64,000 nucleotides of DNA, from contig CM000153.2 of the NCBI GenBank assembly GCA_000004695.1, positions 480,001-544,000 on the forward strand. Direction: 5' to 3'. A model generated the notes under the pieces. That model was not told the origin of the DNA, searched no databases, and worked only from the letters and a program-made list of their open reading frames with translations. Origin of the DNA: Dictyostelium discoideum. Taxonomy: Eukaryota. Both the position numbers and the translations under genes were made by a program. Position 1 is the first letter of the stretch. Each line of letters begins with the position of its first letter. Shown piece after piece: positions 50,684 to 64,000 of this stretch.

Positions 50684-51953
50684 ATGTCATGGTTGAATAA
50701 TCCTTCTCAAAATTTTGTTGATCCTTTTGTAAGTATTATTATTATTATCTTTAATTTTTATTTTTTATATTTTTTTTATTTCTATAATAATAATAAATTG
50801 ATTGCTGACCCAAATATATTTAATAAATAAATTTATAAAAAAATAAAAATATAAATATAAATATATATAGATTAGGATTAAATGTATTTTAGGTGATGAT
50901 ATAAGAATTATTAAATTTAATTCAAATATATCATATGGAGGATTAATGAATCAATTGGAACAAGATTTTCAATGTCCAATTTCTATTCATCAATATGAGG
51001 ATTACGAAGGTGATAAAGTAACAGTAAAGAGTAAAGATGATATAATGGAAGCATTGACAATGTATTTTGAATTAAAGGCATTAAATCCAACTAAAATTAT
51101 CTCAACTAAATTCTTTTTAAAACAGTTACCACCACAATCACAGCCACTCTCTTCATCATTATCCCCAACTCAATCATTAATACTTAATAATAACAATAAT
51201 AATAGTAATAATAATTTAATGAATATGAATATGAATATGAATTTGAATATGAATAGTAATAATAGTAGTGGTAGCAGTAGTAGTAATAATATAGTTATAC
51301 CTCAACAACAGGGTAACAGAAAAGGGTCAAATGCACCTCCACTCAGAACTCCACCTCCATCACCTCCTTCATCCTCTCCAAAAAATTCACCACCATTTTT
51401 AGGCAATAACAGTAATACTTCAATAAATATTTTAGATTTCTATTCATTAAATGGAAGTAATAATAATAGTGGTGGTACAGGTAGTAATAATAATGGTATT
51501 GGATCATCATCAAGAGAAATTACACCACCACTTCGTACACCACCAGGTTCACCTAGATTCGCTTTGAATAATAGTAATAGTAATAGTAATAGTAGTGTAA
51601 ACAACATACCAACTAATAATAACAACAATAATCATCATCATATTATTCATCAATTAAATTTAAATTCACCATCACCACCACCACCCCTTCGTACTCCTCC
51701 ACCATCACCACCTTCTTCATCACCACCTTCTTCATCACCACAATCATCATTTATTTTCGAGCAAACAGATTTCCATTTTGAAGAATTATCAAAAAATAAT
51801 TCACCAAAAAATTCAAACTTTTTAAATACTATTGATCAACCTCATCAAATTTATCAACCACATCAACCTCACTATCAACAACAGCAACAGCAACAACAAA
51901 TGTATAATTTTAATCAACCATTATCACCTTCTCCACCACTTCAATCACAACAA

Positions 51954-51998
<45 letters not shown>

Positions 51999-52160
51999 CC
52001 ACAACAACAACAACAGCAACAACAACAGCAACAACAACAGCAACAACAACAGCAACAGCAACAATTTAATAATAGTTTTGAAAATGGGGGAATTAAGTTA
52101 CCTAGACCATTATCACCAACATTTTTAAATATTAATAATAATATCATCAATAGTAATTTA

Positions 52161-52210
<50 letters not shown>

Positions 52211-54789
52211 TAACAATAATAATAATAATAATATAATTCAGCATACAGATTTCCCATCATTAATTATTAATGAACATGAAGAATTAATATCTAATCATAA
52301 TATAAAATGGCAAAAAGGACAAATTTTAGGAAGAGGTGGATATGGTTCAGTATATTTAGGTTTAAATAAGGATACAGGTGAATTATTTGCTGTTAAACAA
52401 TTAGAAATCGTTGATATTAATAGTGATCCAAAATTAAAAAATGTAAATTTTAAATTAATATATATATTTATATATTTCATTAAAGTTACTAATATATATA
52501 TATATATATTTATATAGATGATTTTATCATTTAGTAAAGAAATAGAAGTGATGAGATCATTAAGACATGATAATATAGTTAGATATTTAGGAACATCATT
52601 AGATCAATCATTTTTAAGTGTATTTTTGGAATATATTCCAGGTGGATCAATTTCATCATTGTTGGGAAAATTTGGTGCATTCTCTGAAAATGTTATTAAA
52701 GTTTATACAAAACAAATCCTTCAAGGTTTATCATTTTTACATGCAAATTCAATTATTCATCGTGATATTAAGGTTTGTTTCCTTTTTTTATATATTATAT
52801 TATATATTTTATATATATTTTATATATTTAGTATTAATATTAAAATTATTATTTTAGGGTGCAAATATATTAATTGATACAAAAGGTATTGTAAAATTAT
52901 CAGATTTTGGATGTAGTAAATCATTTTCAGGTATTGTTTCACAATTTAAAAGCATGCAAGGAACGCCATATTGGATGGCACCAGAGGTTATTAAACAAAC
53001 AGGACATGGTAGATCATCGGATATTTGGTCATTAGGATGTGTGATTGTAGAGATGGCAACAGCACAACCACCATGGTCAAATATTACAGAGTTGGCAGCT
53101 GTTATGTACCATATTGCATCATCGAATTCAATACCAAATATACCATCACATATGTCACAAGAAGCATTCGATTTTTTAAATCTTTGTTTTAAACGTGATC
53201 CAAAGGAAAGACCAGATGCAAATCAACTTTTAAAACATCCATTCATTATGAATTTAGATGATAATATTCAATTACCAACTATTTCACCAACAACAACACT
53301 TTCAACAAATACGACAAATACGACAGCAACAACAACAACAACAAATAATGCGACAAATTCAAATATAAATCAACAACAACAACAACAACAACAACAACCA
53401 CCAACTAGAACACAAAGAGTATCAATAAGCGCAGGTAGTAGTAATAATAAAAGATATACACCACCAATTTCAACATCAACTTCATCATCATCATCATCAA
53501 TTTTAAATAATTTTTCAATTAATATAATATTACCCATTAATTTGATAATATTAATATTTAGAGAGATTAAACCAAATTTTGTGAATACTTTATCAAGAGT
53601 ATGTAAACATTGGAAACAAATCATTGATGATGATGAACTTTGGAATAAATATTGTAGCGATAGATTAATTAATAAATCAAAGTTTGAAGAATCAATAACA
53701 TGGAAATCAAATTATATTAAAATTTATAAACAACAAAAAGTTTGGTTTCATAATAAACTTAATCATTCAACTTTAAAAGGTCATGATAAAGGCGTATTTT
53801 GTGTAAAATTAATCGATGATCAAGGTATGGTACTAAGTGGTGGTGAAGATAAAAAACTTAAAGTTTGGGATATAAGTGGAAATCATCATCATAATCATCA
53901 TAGTGGAATTGTTGGTAGTATTTCAAAAAAGAGTGGTTTAAATATAATTAATAATAATAATAGTAATAATAGTAATAGTAGTAGTAATAGTAGTAGTAGT
54001 AATAGTAGATATTTATTTTCATTAAAAGGTCATAGTGGATGTATAAAATCAGTTGATTATCAACGTCAATCTGGATCAGATGTTTCAAGAGTTTTTACAG
54101 CAAGTGCTGATTTTACTTGTAAAATATTTTCATTAAAAACAAAGAAAACCTTATTCACATATACAAATCATCAAGAGGCTGTAACTTGTATTAATTATTT
54201 AGGAGATGTTGAGAATAAGTGTATTACATCATCACTGGATAAAACTATTCAATTGTGGGATGCTGAAACCGGCTCGTGTTTATCGACTTTGAGGGGCCAC
54301 ACTGGTGGTATTTATTGTGTTAAAACTGACCAAGTCGCAACACATGGTAATGGGTATAACCATTTGGTGGTTAGTGCGAGTGTTGATAAAACATCAAATG
54401 TTTGGGACACAAGAAGTTCTTCAAAGGTTAGAAGTTTCACTCAACATACTGAAGATGTGTTATGCTGTTATGTTTTCGATCAAAAAGTTGTCACTGGTTC
54501 ATGTGATGGTACTATTAAACTTTGGGATATCGGTACGGGTAAAACTATCTCAACTTTTATTCCGAGTGAAACTCGTCAAAAAAATTATGTTTGGACTGTT
54601 CAATTTGATCAATCTAAAATTATCTCTTCTGGAAAAACTGGAATCATTAGAATTTGGGATATTTACAACGAACGTGATTCAAGATCAATTGGTGGTCATC
54701 ATGAAACTATTTTCTCTTTACAATTTAATAATCAAAAATTAATTACAGGTTCTTTAGATAAACTTGTAAAAATTTGGAGTATTGATTAA
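50684..54789 (+). CDS. mkkA: MEKK-alpha-like MAP3K with PB1, protein kinase, F-box and WD40 repeats, 4 exons: 50684..50728, 50871..52442, 52518..52772, 52858..54789 (about 1267 aa)
   Basis: The PB1-like N-terminus reads IRIKCILGDDIRIIKF...YEDYEGDKVTVKSKDDIMEAL. The STE11/MEKK kinase domain reads GRGGYGSVYLG...AVKQ | MILSFSKEIEVMRSL...HRDIK | GANILID...LSDFGCS...GTPYWMAPE. An F-box follows (LIFREIKPNFVNTLSRVCKHWKQIIDDDELWNKYC) and then at least six WD40 repeats (LKGH..., KLKVWDI, IQLWDA, IKLWDI, IRIWDI, VKIWSID). The donors are GTAAGT at 50729, GTAAAT at 52443 and GTTTGT at 52773. The 15-aa first exon is the least certain part of the model. The domain combination matches what has been described for Dictyostelium MEKK-alpha. 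Confidence 0.7.
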
Positions 54790-54793
54790 GAAG

Positions 54794-54826
<33 letters not shown>

Positions 54827-56897
54827 AAAAAAAAAAAAAAATAAATAAATAAATAAATAAAAAATTTAAAGTAAAATTAAAAAATTAATTGGTCAAAAAA
54901 AAAAAAAAAAAAAAGTTTTATACTGGTAAGAAAAAAAAAAAAAATAATTACTTTACAATTAATTAAAAAATTTGTAGAATTGCATATTCGAAAAGAATAA
55001 AATTTTTTTTTTTTTTTTATAATCTCATAATGAGATTTAAATAAGATTTTTAATAAATATCAAAATTTTAAAAAAAAAAAAATATTCAAAAAAAATTATT
55101 TTTAGATTTATAAAAATGAAGTGGATTTTTTCTTTTTTTTTTTTTTTTTTCTTTCAAAAATTTCCTTTTTTTAATTTTACTAAAAAACCATCATATAAAC
55201 CTTTTTTTCAATTTTTTGTTTTTTTTTTTTTTTTCTTTTTAAAAGAAAAAGGTAATGGTGTCAAAACTAAGTAAATAGTCTTTTTACTACACTGGTTAAA
55301 AAAGTAAAAAAAATATTTTTTAAAGAATTAAAAAAAAAAAAAAAAAACAAAGATTTAAAAAAATGATAAGGAAAAAAAAAAAAATAATAATAATAAAATT
55401 AAAAAAAAAAAAAAAATATCAAAAATATCAAAATTAAAAATAATTAAAAAATGATAACCTTGTTTGAACAACAACATAAAAAAACAATATGTAGCCATCC
55501 AAAATAAAAGCAACATGTTATGTTACACACAATTTGGTGTTAACACAATCTCATCACCCCAAAATATAAAAATTTTTATTTATCGATAATAAAGTTTGAA
55601 GAAAAAAAATCACAAATTCCCCAAAAACACCACACATTTACACTTTGGTTCTATCATATATTTTTTTTTTATTTTTGACAATGTATTCTTAAGGATAGAA
55701 GAAATATTTCTTTTTTGTATCTTACATTGATACTAACTTTAGTTTTTTGTGTAAAAAAAAAAAATAAAAAAAAAAAAAAAAAAATAAATAAAAATTTAAT
55801 CATTTATTTTTATTTTAATTTTATTTCATTTTATTTTTTTATTTTTAATTATTTTTAATTTTTTTTAATTCTTTTTTTTAATGAAAAATATTATAATGGT
55901 GACATCTTACAATTACTCGAAATCTCAATTTTTTTTTTTTTGTTTTTATTTTAAAACCATAATTATGAAAAATCTGGTCCTGATTTTTTTTTTTTTATTT
56001 TGTAAATTTGGAAAGTTATATGTGTAAATTTTTTAAATAATATGATCAAAAATATTTATTATTATTTTTTTTTTTTTTATTTTATTTTTTTTTTTTTTTT
56101 TTTTTACTTTTTTTTTTTTTTGTTACTTTATTTTTTTTTTTTTTTTTACCACAAAATAAAAGTAAAAAAAGATCATTTGAATAAAAAAAAAAATAAAAAA
56201 AAATAAAAATAAAAAAGATCAAATATAGTAATATCCAAATTAATCAAATATATTATTTTATTTGACACTTTATGATTTATTATAAATTTATAGAAAATAA
56301 ATAAACATATCTTTTTTTATTTTATGGTAGGTTTATAATAAAAAATAAAAAATAATTAAAAATTTAATATTTTACTTTAATCAAAAAAATATTTTTTTAA
56401 GAGAATTTATAAAATGTCAATCATACCCCACCACTACCACTACCAAAAATAAATTAAAAATAGTAAAACCTATTGAACTTTGAAAAAATTAAAAATAGAA
56501 AAAAAAAAAAAAAAATAATTTAAAAAAAAAAAAATATATAAAAATAAAAAAAAAAAAACATTGGAATGAGAATGCTTGTTCAAATAACTATATATAATAT
56601 TTTTTGGAAAAAAAAAAAAATAAAAATAATAATAATAATAATAATAAAAAATAAATAAAATAATAAAAATAATAAAAATAATAAAAATAATAATAATAAT
56701 AATAATAATAAAATATTGATGTTTGGTTAAAGGGGTTAGTTGAGTGGGATTATTTTTTGTGTGTTTCATTTGCACAATCTTCGTTTTTCAAAAATAAAAC
56801 ATATCCAAAAATCATTCACCTTATGTAACCACATTCCAATAAAAAATATACTTTTATATTTTGTATATTTTTCAAAATAAAAAATAATAATAACACA

Positions 56898-56933
<36 letters not shown>

Positions 56934-57304
56934 ATAATAATAATAATTAATATTAGTATTATTATAAAAAATATTTTATTTAACATAATAATCCGTAAAA
57001 TAACCACACTCAAACATTTTTATGCATAGGGGTTAATTAATTTTTTTTTTTTTTTTTTTTCGAATTAAAAATCCTTTTTTAAATTTTTTTTTTTTTTTTT
57101 TTTTAAATGGTGGGGTGCCCAAAAAAACCAGATTAATTTTTGATTAAAAAAAAAAAAAAAAACCTTAAAATTTGTGATTGTGGTTCCACCTAAAAATAAT
57201 TTATTTTATAGAAGGGGGGGGGTTTTTTTTTTTTTTATTTTATTTTTATTTTATTTTATTATTTTTTTTATACTTAACAATATTATTATTTTTTTTTTTT
57301 TTTT

Positions 57305-57339
<35 letters not shown>

Positions 57340-57828
57340 GTGCATTGATTAATAATTGTAATAATAGACTTAATACCACTACCTTAAAATATAAATAAAG
57401 AAAATAATAAAATTAAAAAAAAATAATTACCATAACAATAAGATATTTTACAATTATAGTTTTGGAATTTTATATTAATTTTAGAATTTATAAACAAAAT
57501 TAATTTAAAAACAAAAAAAACCTTTTAAAATTGTTAAATAAAAAGAATAAAAAGAATAAAAAAATTAAATAAAAAAAAAAAATTAAAAAATTGAAAAATT
57601 CTAATTCCACCCATTTTTTTTTTTTTCCAAACCATTTTTTTCAAAAAATTTGGAAATTAAATTATTTAGTAATTAGTATTGGGCCGATTAAAGATTAAAA
57701 ATAAAATTTTTTCCCAAAATAGTAATTGGAAGTTCACCTTTATAAAAATAAAATTTATTTGGGAAATAAAAAATAATTAAAATTGGGTTTAAAATAATAA
57801 AATATTATTATATGTCCCAAAAAAATTT

Positions 57829-57859
<31 letters not shown>

Positions 57860-57867
57860 AAAGGCTT

Positions 57868-57967
57868 NNNNNNNNNNNNNNNNNNNNNNNNNNNNNNNNN
57901 NNNNNNNNNNNNNNNNNNNNNNNNNNNNNNNNNNNNNNNNNNNNNNNNNNNNNNNNNNNNNNNNNNN
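57868..57967. other. Assembly gap (100 N)
   Basis: There is a run of exactly 100 N characters. Confidence 0.99.
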
Positions 57968-58572
57968 AAAAAAAAAAAAGGGGAAGAAGAAGGGGGAAAA
58001 AAATAATTATATATACATTCATATTTATATATATATATAATTTTTATAAATATATATATAAATAAATATAATAAATAAAATATATTTATATTTAATTAAA
58101 CAAAAAAACACCCACTATTCCAAAATAAAACAAGTATATCAAATACAAAAGATATCCAATTAAAATACCTCAAACACACCGCTACAAATTAAAAAAAAAA
58201 AAAAAAAAAAAGAAAAAAAACTCCACTTCACAAAAAGTAAAAAAAAAATGGATGTTAATGTTTTATATAAATCTATATTAATTTTTTCAACACACACTCA
58301 CTCTTTCTCTCTCTCTCCTTTAACTCACACTTATATTTGAATTAATTTAATTATTTAATCTTTTTTTTTTTTTTTTTTAAATTTAATTTTTTTTTTTTTT
58401 TAATTATTTTTTTTTTTAATTTATATCATTCACCTTTTTTTTTTTTATTTATGTATTTAATTTTTTTTTTTTTAATTTATATCATTCATCATTTTTAATT
58501 TTCTTTATGTTTTGATTATCAACCCCAAAAAAACAACCACAAACAGTATTCTTTTATAAAATTTTTTTAAAA

Positions 58573-58608
<36 letters not shown>

Positions 58609-58914
58609 ATAAATTTAAATCAAAATAAAATTTTTTTTAAAATCTCTGATTTAAATTGGATAAATCTTAAATTTCAATAAATATAACTTAAAAAAATTTA
58701 TAAACATAATTTTATATGTAAATATTTTATTTCATAATTTTATATTCATATAAAGATATTATTTATCTATAATTTTGTTTTTTTTGTAAAATATAAAATA
58801 CAAACCACAAAAATCTGTAAGATAATTTAATTTTGGAACAACAAAAACATAGTTTATGGTTATAGTAATAATAATACTAATAATGTTTAAAAAATAAAAT
58901 AAACAAAAAAATAA

Positions 58915-58947
<33 letters not shown>

Positions 58948-59247
58948 AAATGTTTTCACACACACCACACTCTCAATAACCACACTTTCTTTATTTATAT
59001 ACATTATCATCAATACCAAAAGAATCATTAAAAAAATTAATTTGTAAATCATTAATATAAATTTGGTTTTTTTTTTTTTTTTTTTTTTATTTATTATTTT
59101 AAAATATAATTTTTTTTTTTTTTTTTTTTTTTATATATTATTTTTTTTAAAAATTTTTTAAATTTTTTTTTTTTTTTTTTTCCCCAAATAAATTTTTTTT
59201 TTTTTTTACCCATTTTAATTTAAAATTTTTTTTTTTTTAAAATACCA

Positions 59248-59284
<37 letters not shown>

Positions 59285-59537
59285 TAAACAATATTTTTTT
59301 TTTTTTTGATTGAGTAAAATAGAAAAAAAAAAAAAAAAAAAAAAAAATGTGTGTGTTGGTGATTATTTATTTTATTTTTTTAATCTTATTTTAATTTAAC
59401 CATTTATCTATTTTTTTTTTCTTACCAATCAAATCACATTATACAAAAAAAAAATATATATATATTCAAAATACTAATTTATTTTTCTTATTCAATAAAA
59501 AAAAAAAAAAAAAAATAATAGAATACAATTGGAAAAA

Positions 59538-59569
<32 letters not shown>

Positions 59570-59634
59570 AAAAAAGAAAAAAAATTATAACTTGGAACAT
59601 TATTTATTAAAACAATTAAACAGAAAAAATTCTT

Positions 59635-59670
<36 letters not shown>

Positions 59671-59789
59671 TTAACCGGGTTTAAATTCAAAAAAAAAAAA
59701 AAAAAGAAAAAAAAAATAACCTTATTTATTTGTATTTATAGCAACAACGAACAAATTTTAAAATTTAATAATAATAAGCGTATTCTAAT

Positions 59790-59879
59790 GTGCTTATTAC
59801 GATACATATAACAAATTATATGAGTAACGCAAATAATAATAATTACAATCACAATAATAATAAAGAAACACAATCTGGA

Positions 59880-59932
<53 letters not shown>

Positions 59933-60535
59933 TAAAAATAATAATAATAATAATATCCAGAATGAAAATAATTTTAATTCACCAAACGATGGAGAAAATA
60001 TAAATAATAATATGAATAATTCACATAATAATAATCATAATACAAGTGATAGAATTAGTCAATATTCATCATCAGAACATAATATTAAAAAAGAACATAA
60101 TCGTAATGGTAGTAATACTTCAATAATTAGTGCAAGTAATTTTAATAATTTTATGGATGAAAATAGTACTGAAAACAATAGACTATCACAAAGACCTGCA
60201 CCAGCAATTTTAAATATTATTCAATCATTAATTAAAAATCCAACTGATGATGTAAATGGTAGTAAAAGAAATACTTTAGAAGGAATTGTAAAGAAATATC
60301 CATCATTTAAAAGTTTAGATGGTTCTTCTATAAGTCTAAGTCAATCACAATCATCAATGGACTCTTCACCATTAACCACATCAAATAGTAAATCACCAAA
60401 CCATCATCCACAACCATCACCAAATGTTTTATCAAGATCATCATGTGCTATCGATTCACCATCATTAAATTCAACTCAACTACAACCAAATACTACAACC
60501 ACTACTACAACTTCTTCATCATTAAATAAAAATAA

Positions 60536-60610
<75 letters not shown>

Positions 60611-63347
60611 AATTGATGAAGGTGGTTGTTCAAATGATAAATCACCAAGTTCATCATCATATCAAGTTAATAATAATAATAAACCAAAAAATAATATATC
60701 AAGATTAGAATTACCAACATCATTAAGATCTTCAAATAATGCAATGGACTCATCAGCTGCACCATCATCAAATACATCAAGACCACAATTTTCACAACCA
60801 CAATCAGAAGTACCATCATCATGTTCACCACCAGGTAATGGATTATTAAGAGGTGCAATTGAAGAAAAAGAAGAATCAACTGATAATTTTGAAAAGAATG
60901 ATAATATAATCAATGATGAAAATAATAATAATCAATCAACATCTGTAACTGTAAATATCTGTGAAAATCAATTAGAAAATAACAATAATAATATTAATTC
61001 ACCACCACAACAACAATCACCATCAACAGTAAATGATGGTGATGGTGGTGGTTGTGCAGCAGGTGATTCATTTGATACAACTGAATCTGATCATTCAATA
61101 AGTGGTAGAAGAATGACAAAAATGTTTTCAGATGCACCAATTAAAGAATACCAAGTAACAACTATTGAAGATCCACTCTATTCATTAACAACAACAACTG
61201 TAAATAATGTATCTATAAATGAAAATACACCATCATCACCATCAATTACACCAATTAAATTAAAACAACCAAAACCAGATGAAGATGAAGAATTATCAAT
61301 TAAAAATAAAAAACAAGCGTCAAGACAAACTGTACAATTGGAAATGGGCACTTTTGATCTTGATGGTAAACCAAATGAACAAATTGTTGGCTCAAATAGT
61401 AGTGATGAAACTTTTGAAGGTGTTGATGTCGTTGGAATTGATAGTGATAAAATTGTTGGTAGAGATAGAGCATTTTCATCGGCAATGAAAGAGAGTGAAG
61501 TTGTAATTGGTGAGCAAACAGTGAATGTTGATTTAACTCAAGAGGATATGGATAATATTAATTTCCAACCACCAAATACTGATCCACCACCACCACAGCC
61601 ATTGACATCAAAACAAATTTTAATTATTTTCTCTGGTCTTATGGTTAGTTTATTTTTATCATCTTTGGATATGACGATTGTTGCAACCGCTTTACCAGCC
61701 ATCGTTGCAGATTTACATGGTTTAGAGCAATTGCCATGGGTAGTTACCATTTATTTATTAACCTCAACATCGGTTTCACCATTGTTTGGAAAGTTTTCCG
61801 ATATATTTGGTAAGAAGATTCTATTGTTATCATCATTGATTATATTTTTAATTGGTTCATTGTTATGTGCTGTAGCTACCACAATGAATATGTTAATTTT
61901 GGCACGTGCTATACAAGGTATTGGAGGCGGTGGTTTAATGTCTGCAGTTATGATCGTTATGGCTGAAATTGTACCATTAAGAGACAGAGGTAAGTATCAA
62001 GGTTTATTGGGTGCAGTTTATGCTGTTTCATCGGTTGTTGGTCCATTAATGGGTGGAACATTCACAGATAATATTACATGGAGGTGGGCATTCTGGATTA
62101 ATTTACCATTGGGTGCTGTTGCATTTGTAGTTGTATTCTTTGCATTGAAAATTCCACAAAAAGTAATTCCATGGAGAGAAGGTATTAAAAAAGTTGACGT
62201 TCTTGGTTCATTAAGTTTGGTTGCTGCAACCATTTCTTTCCTTTTAGCTTTGAATTGGGGTGGTATCGATTATCCTTGGACTTCACCAATCATCATTTGT
62301 CTATTCATTGGTACTGCTTTATTCGTGGCTCTATTCATCGTTAATGAAAAGTATTGGTTCAATGTTCATCCAATCATTCCATTGGATCTATTTAAAACTC
62401 GTAATTATGTATTGTGTAGTATCGGTTCATTCTTATTGGGTTTCGTTATGTTTGGTGTAATTTACTATATTCCATTATATTTCCAATATGTTAGAGGTGC
62501 CACTGCAACTGCTTCAGGTTTACAATTGTTACCAACAATGTTGGGTATAGTATTGTTTGGTGCTATCTCTGGTTTATTAATTACAAGATTTGGTCATTAT
62601 AAATCTTATCCAATCATTGGTATGGGTTTTATGATGATTGGTATTTATTTAATCTCACTTTGGAATCATCAATCCACTCAAAATGAATTCATTGGCTATC
62701 AATGTTTCATTGGTGTTGGTATTGGTCTAACAATGCAAATCTTGGTATTAATCGTACAAAATAGTGTAAATGTAATCTATATCTCAATTTCAACTGCAAC
62801 CGTAAGTTTCTTTAGAACCATTGGCGGTGTAGTATCAGTTAGTGTTTTCAGTGCAATTTTAAATCAACAATTCTCTCAAAATCTTAATGGCCTCTTGGAA
62901 AAGGATGCATTTGTATTGGGTGGTATGTCTCCACATAACTTTAATATGGAAAATATTAAACATATTGAAAATCCAATTCATCAACAACAAATTCGTGATG
63001 CATACCAATCTGCTCTCTCAATTGTATTTTTATCGGCTGCACCTTTTGCTGGATTAGGTTGTATTTTAATTCTATTTGTAAAAAATCAAAAACTTAGAAC
63101 TACAATGATCACTCAAAAAGATAAAGATCAAGAAATTTTAAAAAAGAATTTGGAAAAACTTCAAAAAGAATTGCACAACGATGATTCTATTGATATTAAT
63201 GAAGAATATGATGAAAATGAAAATAATGAAAATAATGAAAGAAGTGATGTTAATATAAACGAGATTGAAAATAATAATAATAATACTAATAATGATATTG
63301 AACTTGATATTCAAACTCCACCAAGAAAATCAACAATAAGTACTTAA
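59790..63347 (+). CDS. Major facilitator superfamily transporter (DHA2-like drug:H+ antiporter type) with a long Asn/Ser-rich N-terminal extension (1185 aa)
   Basis: The 14-TM MFS core begins ILIIFSGLMVSLFLSSLDMTIVATALPAIVADL. It carries the signature GKFSDIFGKKILLLSSLIIFLIGSLLCAVA and LARAIQGIGGGG. It is a single exon, and the true start codon may be an internal ATG near 59820. Confidence 0.8.
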
Positions 63348-63683
63348 AAATAAATATATTATAATAATAATAATAATAATAATTTAAAAAAAAATATTAT
63401 AAATAATATTAAATAATAAAATGAATAAAAAAAAAAAATAAACAAAAAAAAAAAAAAAAACAAAATTATACAAATAAAAAAAAAAAAAAATAACTGATCA
63501 TCAGTAAAATATGTTTAGAAAAAAAAAAAAAAATTTTAACCAAGAAATAAATTTAAAAAAATATTCCATTTATCTCTCTTTATTTTTATATATTTGATAA
63601 TTTTCTATTCATTTTTTTTTTTTTTTTCATTTATTTTATTTTTTTTATTTTATTTTTTTTATTTTATTTTATAAACAATATTT

Positions 63684-64000
63684 TTAATTTAAAAAGGATG
63701 GATATAAATAAATTACTACACGACGAATACCCTCTAAAAATGATTTCCAATTATGAACAACACGATCACGATGTCTTAATGAATGAATACCTAATTGTTC
63801 TGGTGAAAATAATTCAATTAAGAAATAAAAGAAAGGATTAACTTCATCCATTACCATTTCCATTCTTTTCAATGGTTCAATTACTTTTTCAACGATATCT
63901 TCAAATAAATTTCTAAACTCTTTACTATCTGAAAGATTTGAACCAATAACTAAAATTCCTTTTAATATTGACCTAAATTTTAATTCTAAATTCTTTAATT
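63684..64000 (-). CDS. 3' part of a minus-strand gene of unknown function; the CDS continues beyond the window end
   Basis: An open frame on the minus strand runs from the window edge to the stop at 63684 (...EDIVEKVIEPLKRMEMVMDEVNPFFYFLIELFSPEQLGIHSLRHRDRVVHNWKSFLEGIRR...). No domain was recognised. Confidence 0.4.
   Translation of the reverse strand, partial: LKNLELKFRSILKGILVIGSNLSDSKEFRNLFEDIVEKVIEPLKRMEMVMDEVNPFFYFLIELFSPEQLGIHSLRHRDRVVHNWKSFLEGIRRVVIYLYPSFLN

Noticed and set aside
51440-52216. ORFs 51440..51628 (-), 51832..52128 (+), 51941..52216 (-)
   Set aside because: They are alternate-frame translations of CAA/AAT repeats inside MEKK-like exon 2.
57812-58006. ORF 57812..58006
   Set aside because: It spans the 100-N assembly gap and is not real sequence.

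Overview
This window is Dictyostelium-type nuclear DNA: about 75-80% AT, with short AT-rich introns (GTAAGT/GTATGT donors, AG acceptors), poly-N/Q/S coding microsatellites, and a 100-N assembly gap at 57868-57967. It is eukaryotic, so the tandem repeats are coding or non-coding microsatellites and not CRISPR or operons. I recovered 17 protein-coding genes and confirmed every splice model by intron phase; all spliced CDS lengths are multiples of 3. The most notable content is two divergently transcribed gene pairs of IPT/TIG-type single-pass membrane proteins that resemble the tgrB1/tgrC1 allorecognition receptor-ligand genes. Pair 1 spans 2981-9776 and pair 2 spans 38010-44733. In all four genes a phase-1 intron follows a short signal-peptide exon, and each pair shares a roughly 0.7-0.85 kb bidirectional promoter. 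The TgrB-like member of pair 1 has a cytoplasmic tail built from about 12 copies of a roughly 66-bp repeat encoding (DVACSS + poly-N), and the repeat array runs on past its stop codon. The TgrB-like member of pair 2 has a +1 frameshift in an A4 homopolymer near 40095-40098, so it is either a pseudogene or a sequencing error. The two TgrC-like genes are roughly 75-80% identical, with clustered hypervariable patches. Pair 1 is flanked by two paralogous ankyrin-repeat protein kinase genes that share an intron inside the catalytic loop. Pair 2 sits between Dcp2 and an AP-4 beta subunit gene. The other genes are as follows. There is a BBE-like FAD oxidase, an Erv/ALR-domain membrane protein, and a roughly 2100-aa mucin-like EGF transmembrane glycoprotein. 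PRP39 has 4 exons. The methylthioribose-1-phosphate isomerase gene has a central patch of about 430 bp at roughly 55% GC with foreign codon usage. There are also a PYM homolog, Dcp2 (3 exons), AP-4 beta (4 exons), a poly-N F-box-like protein, a MEKK-alpha-like PB1/kinase/F-box/WD40 gene (4 exons), a DHA2-type MFS transporter, and one gene truncated at the window end. Non-coding observations include a (AGAAAAT)n minisatellite abutting the Dcp2 ATG, triplicated CA-rich promoter repeats, promoter-internal repeats and palindromes, and a 5-kb gene desert containing the gap.
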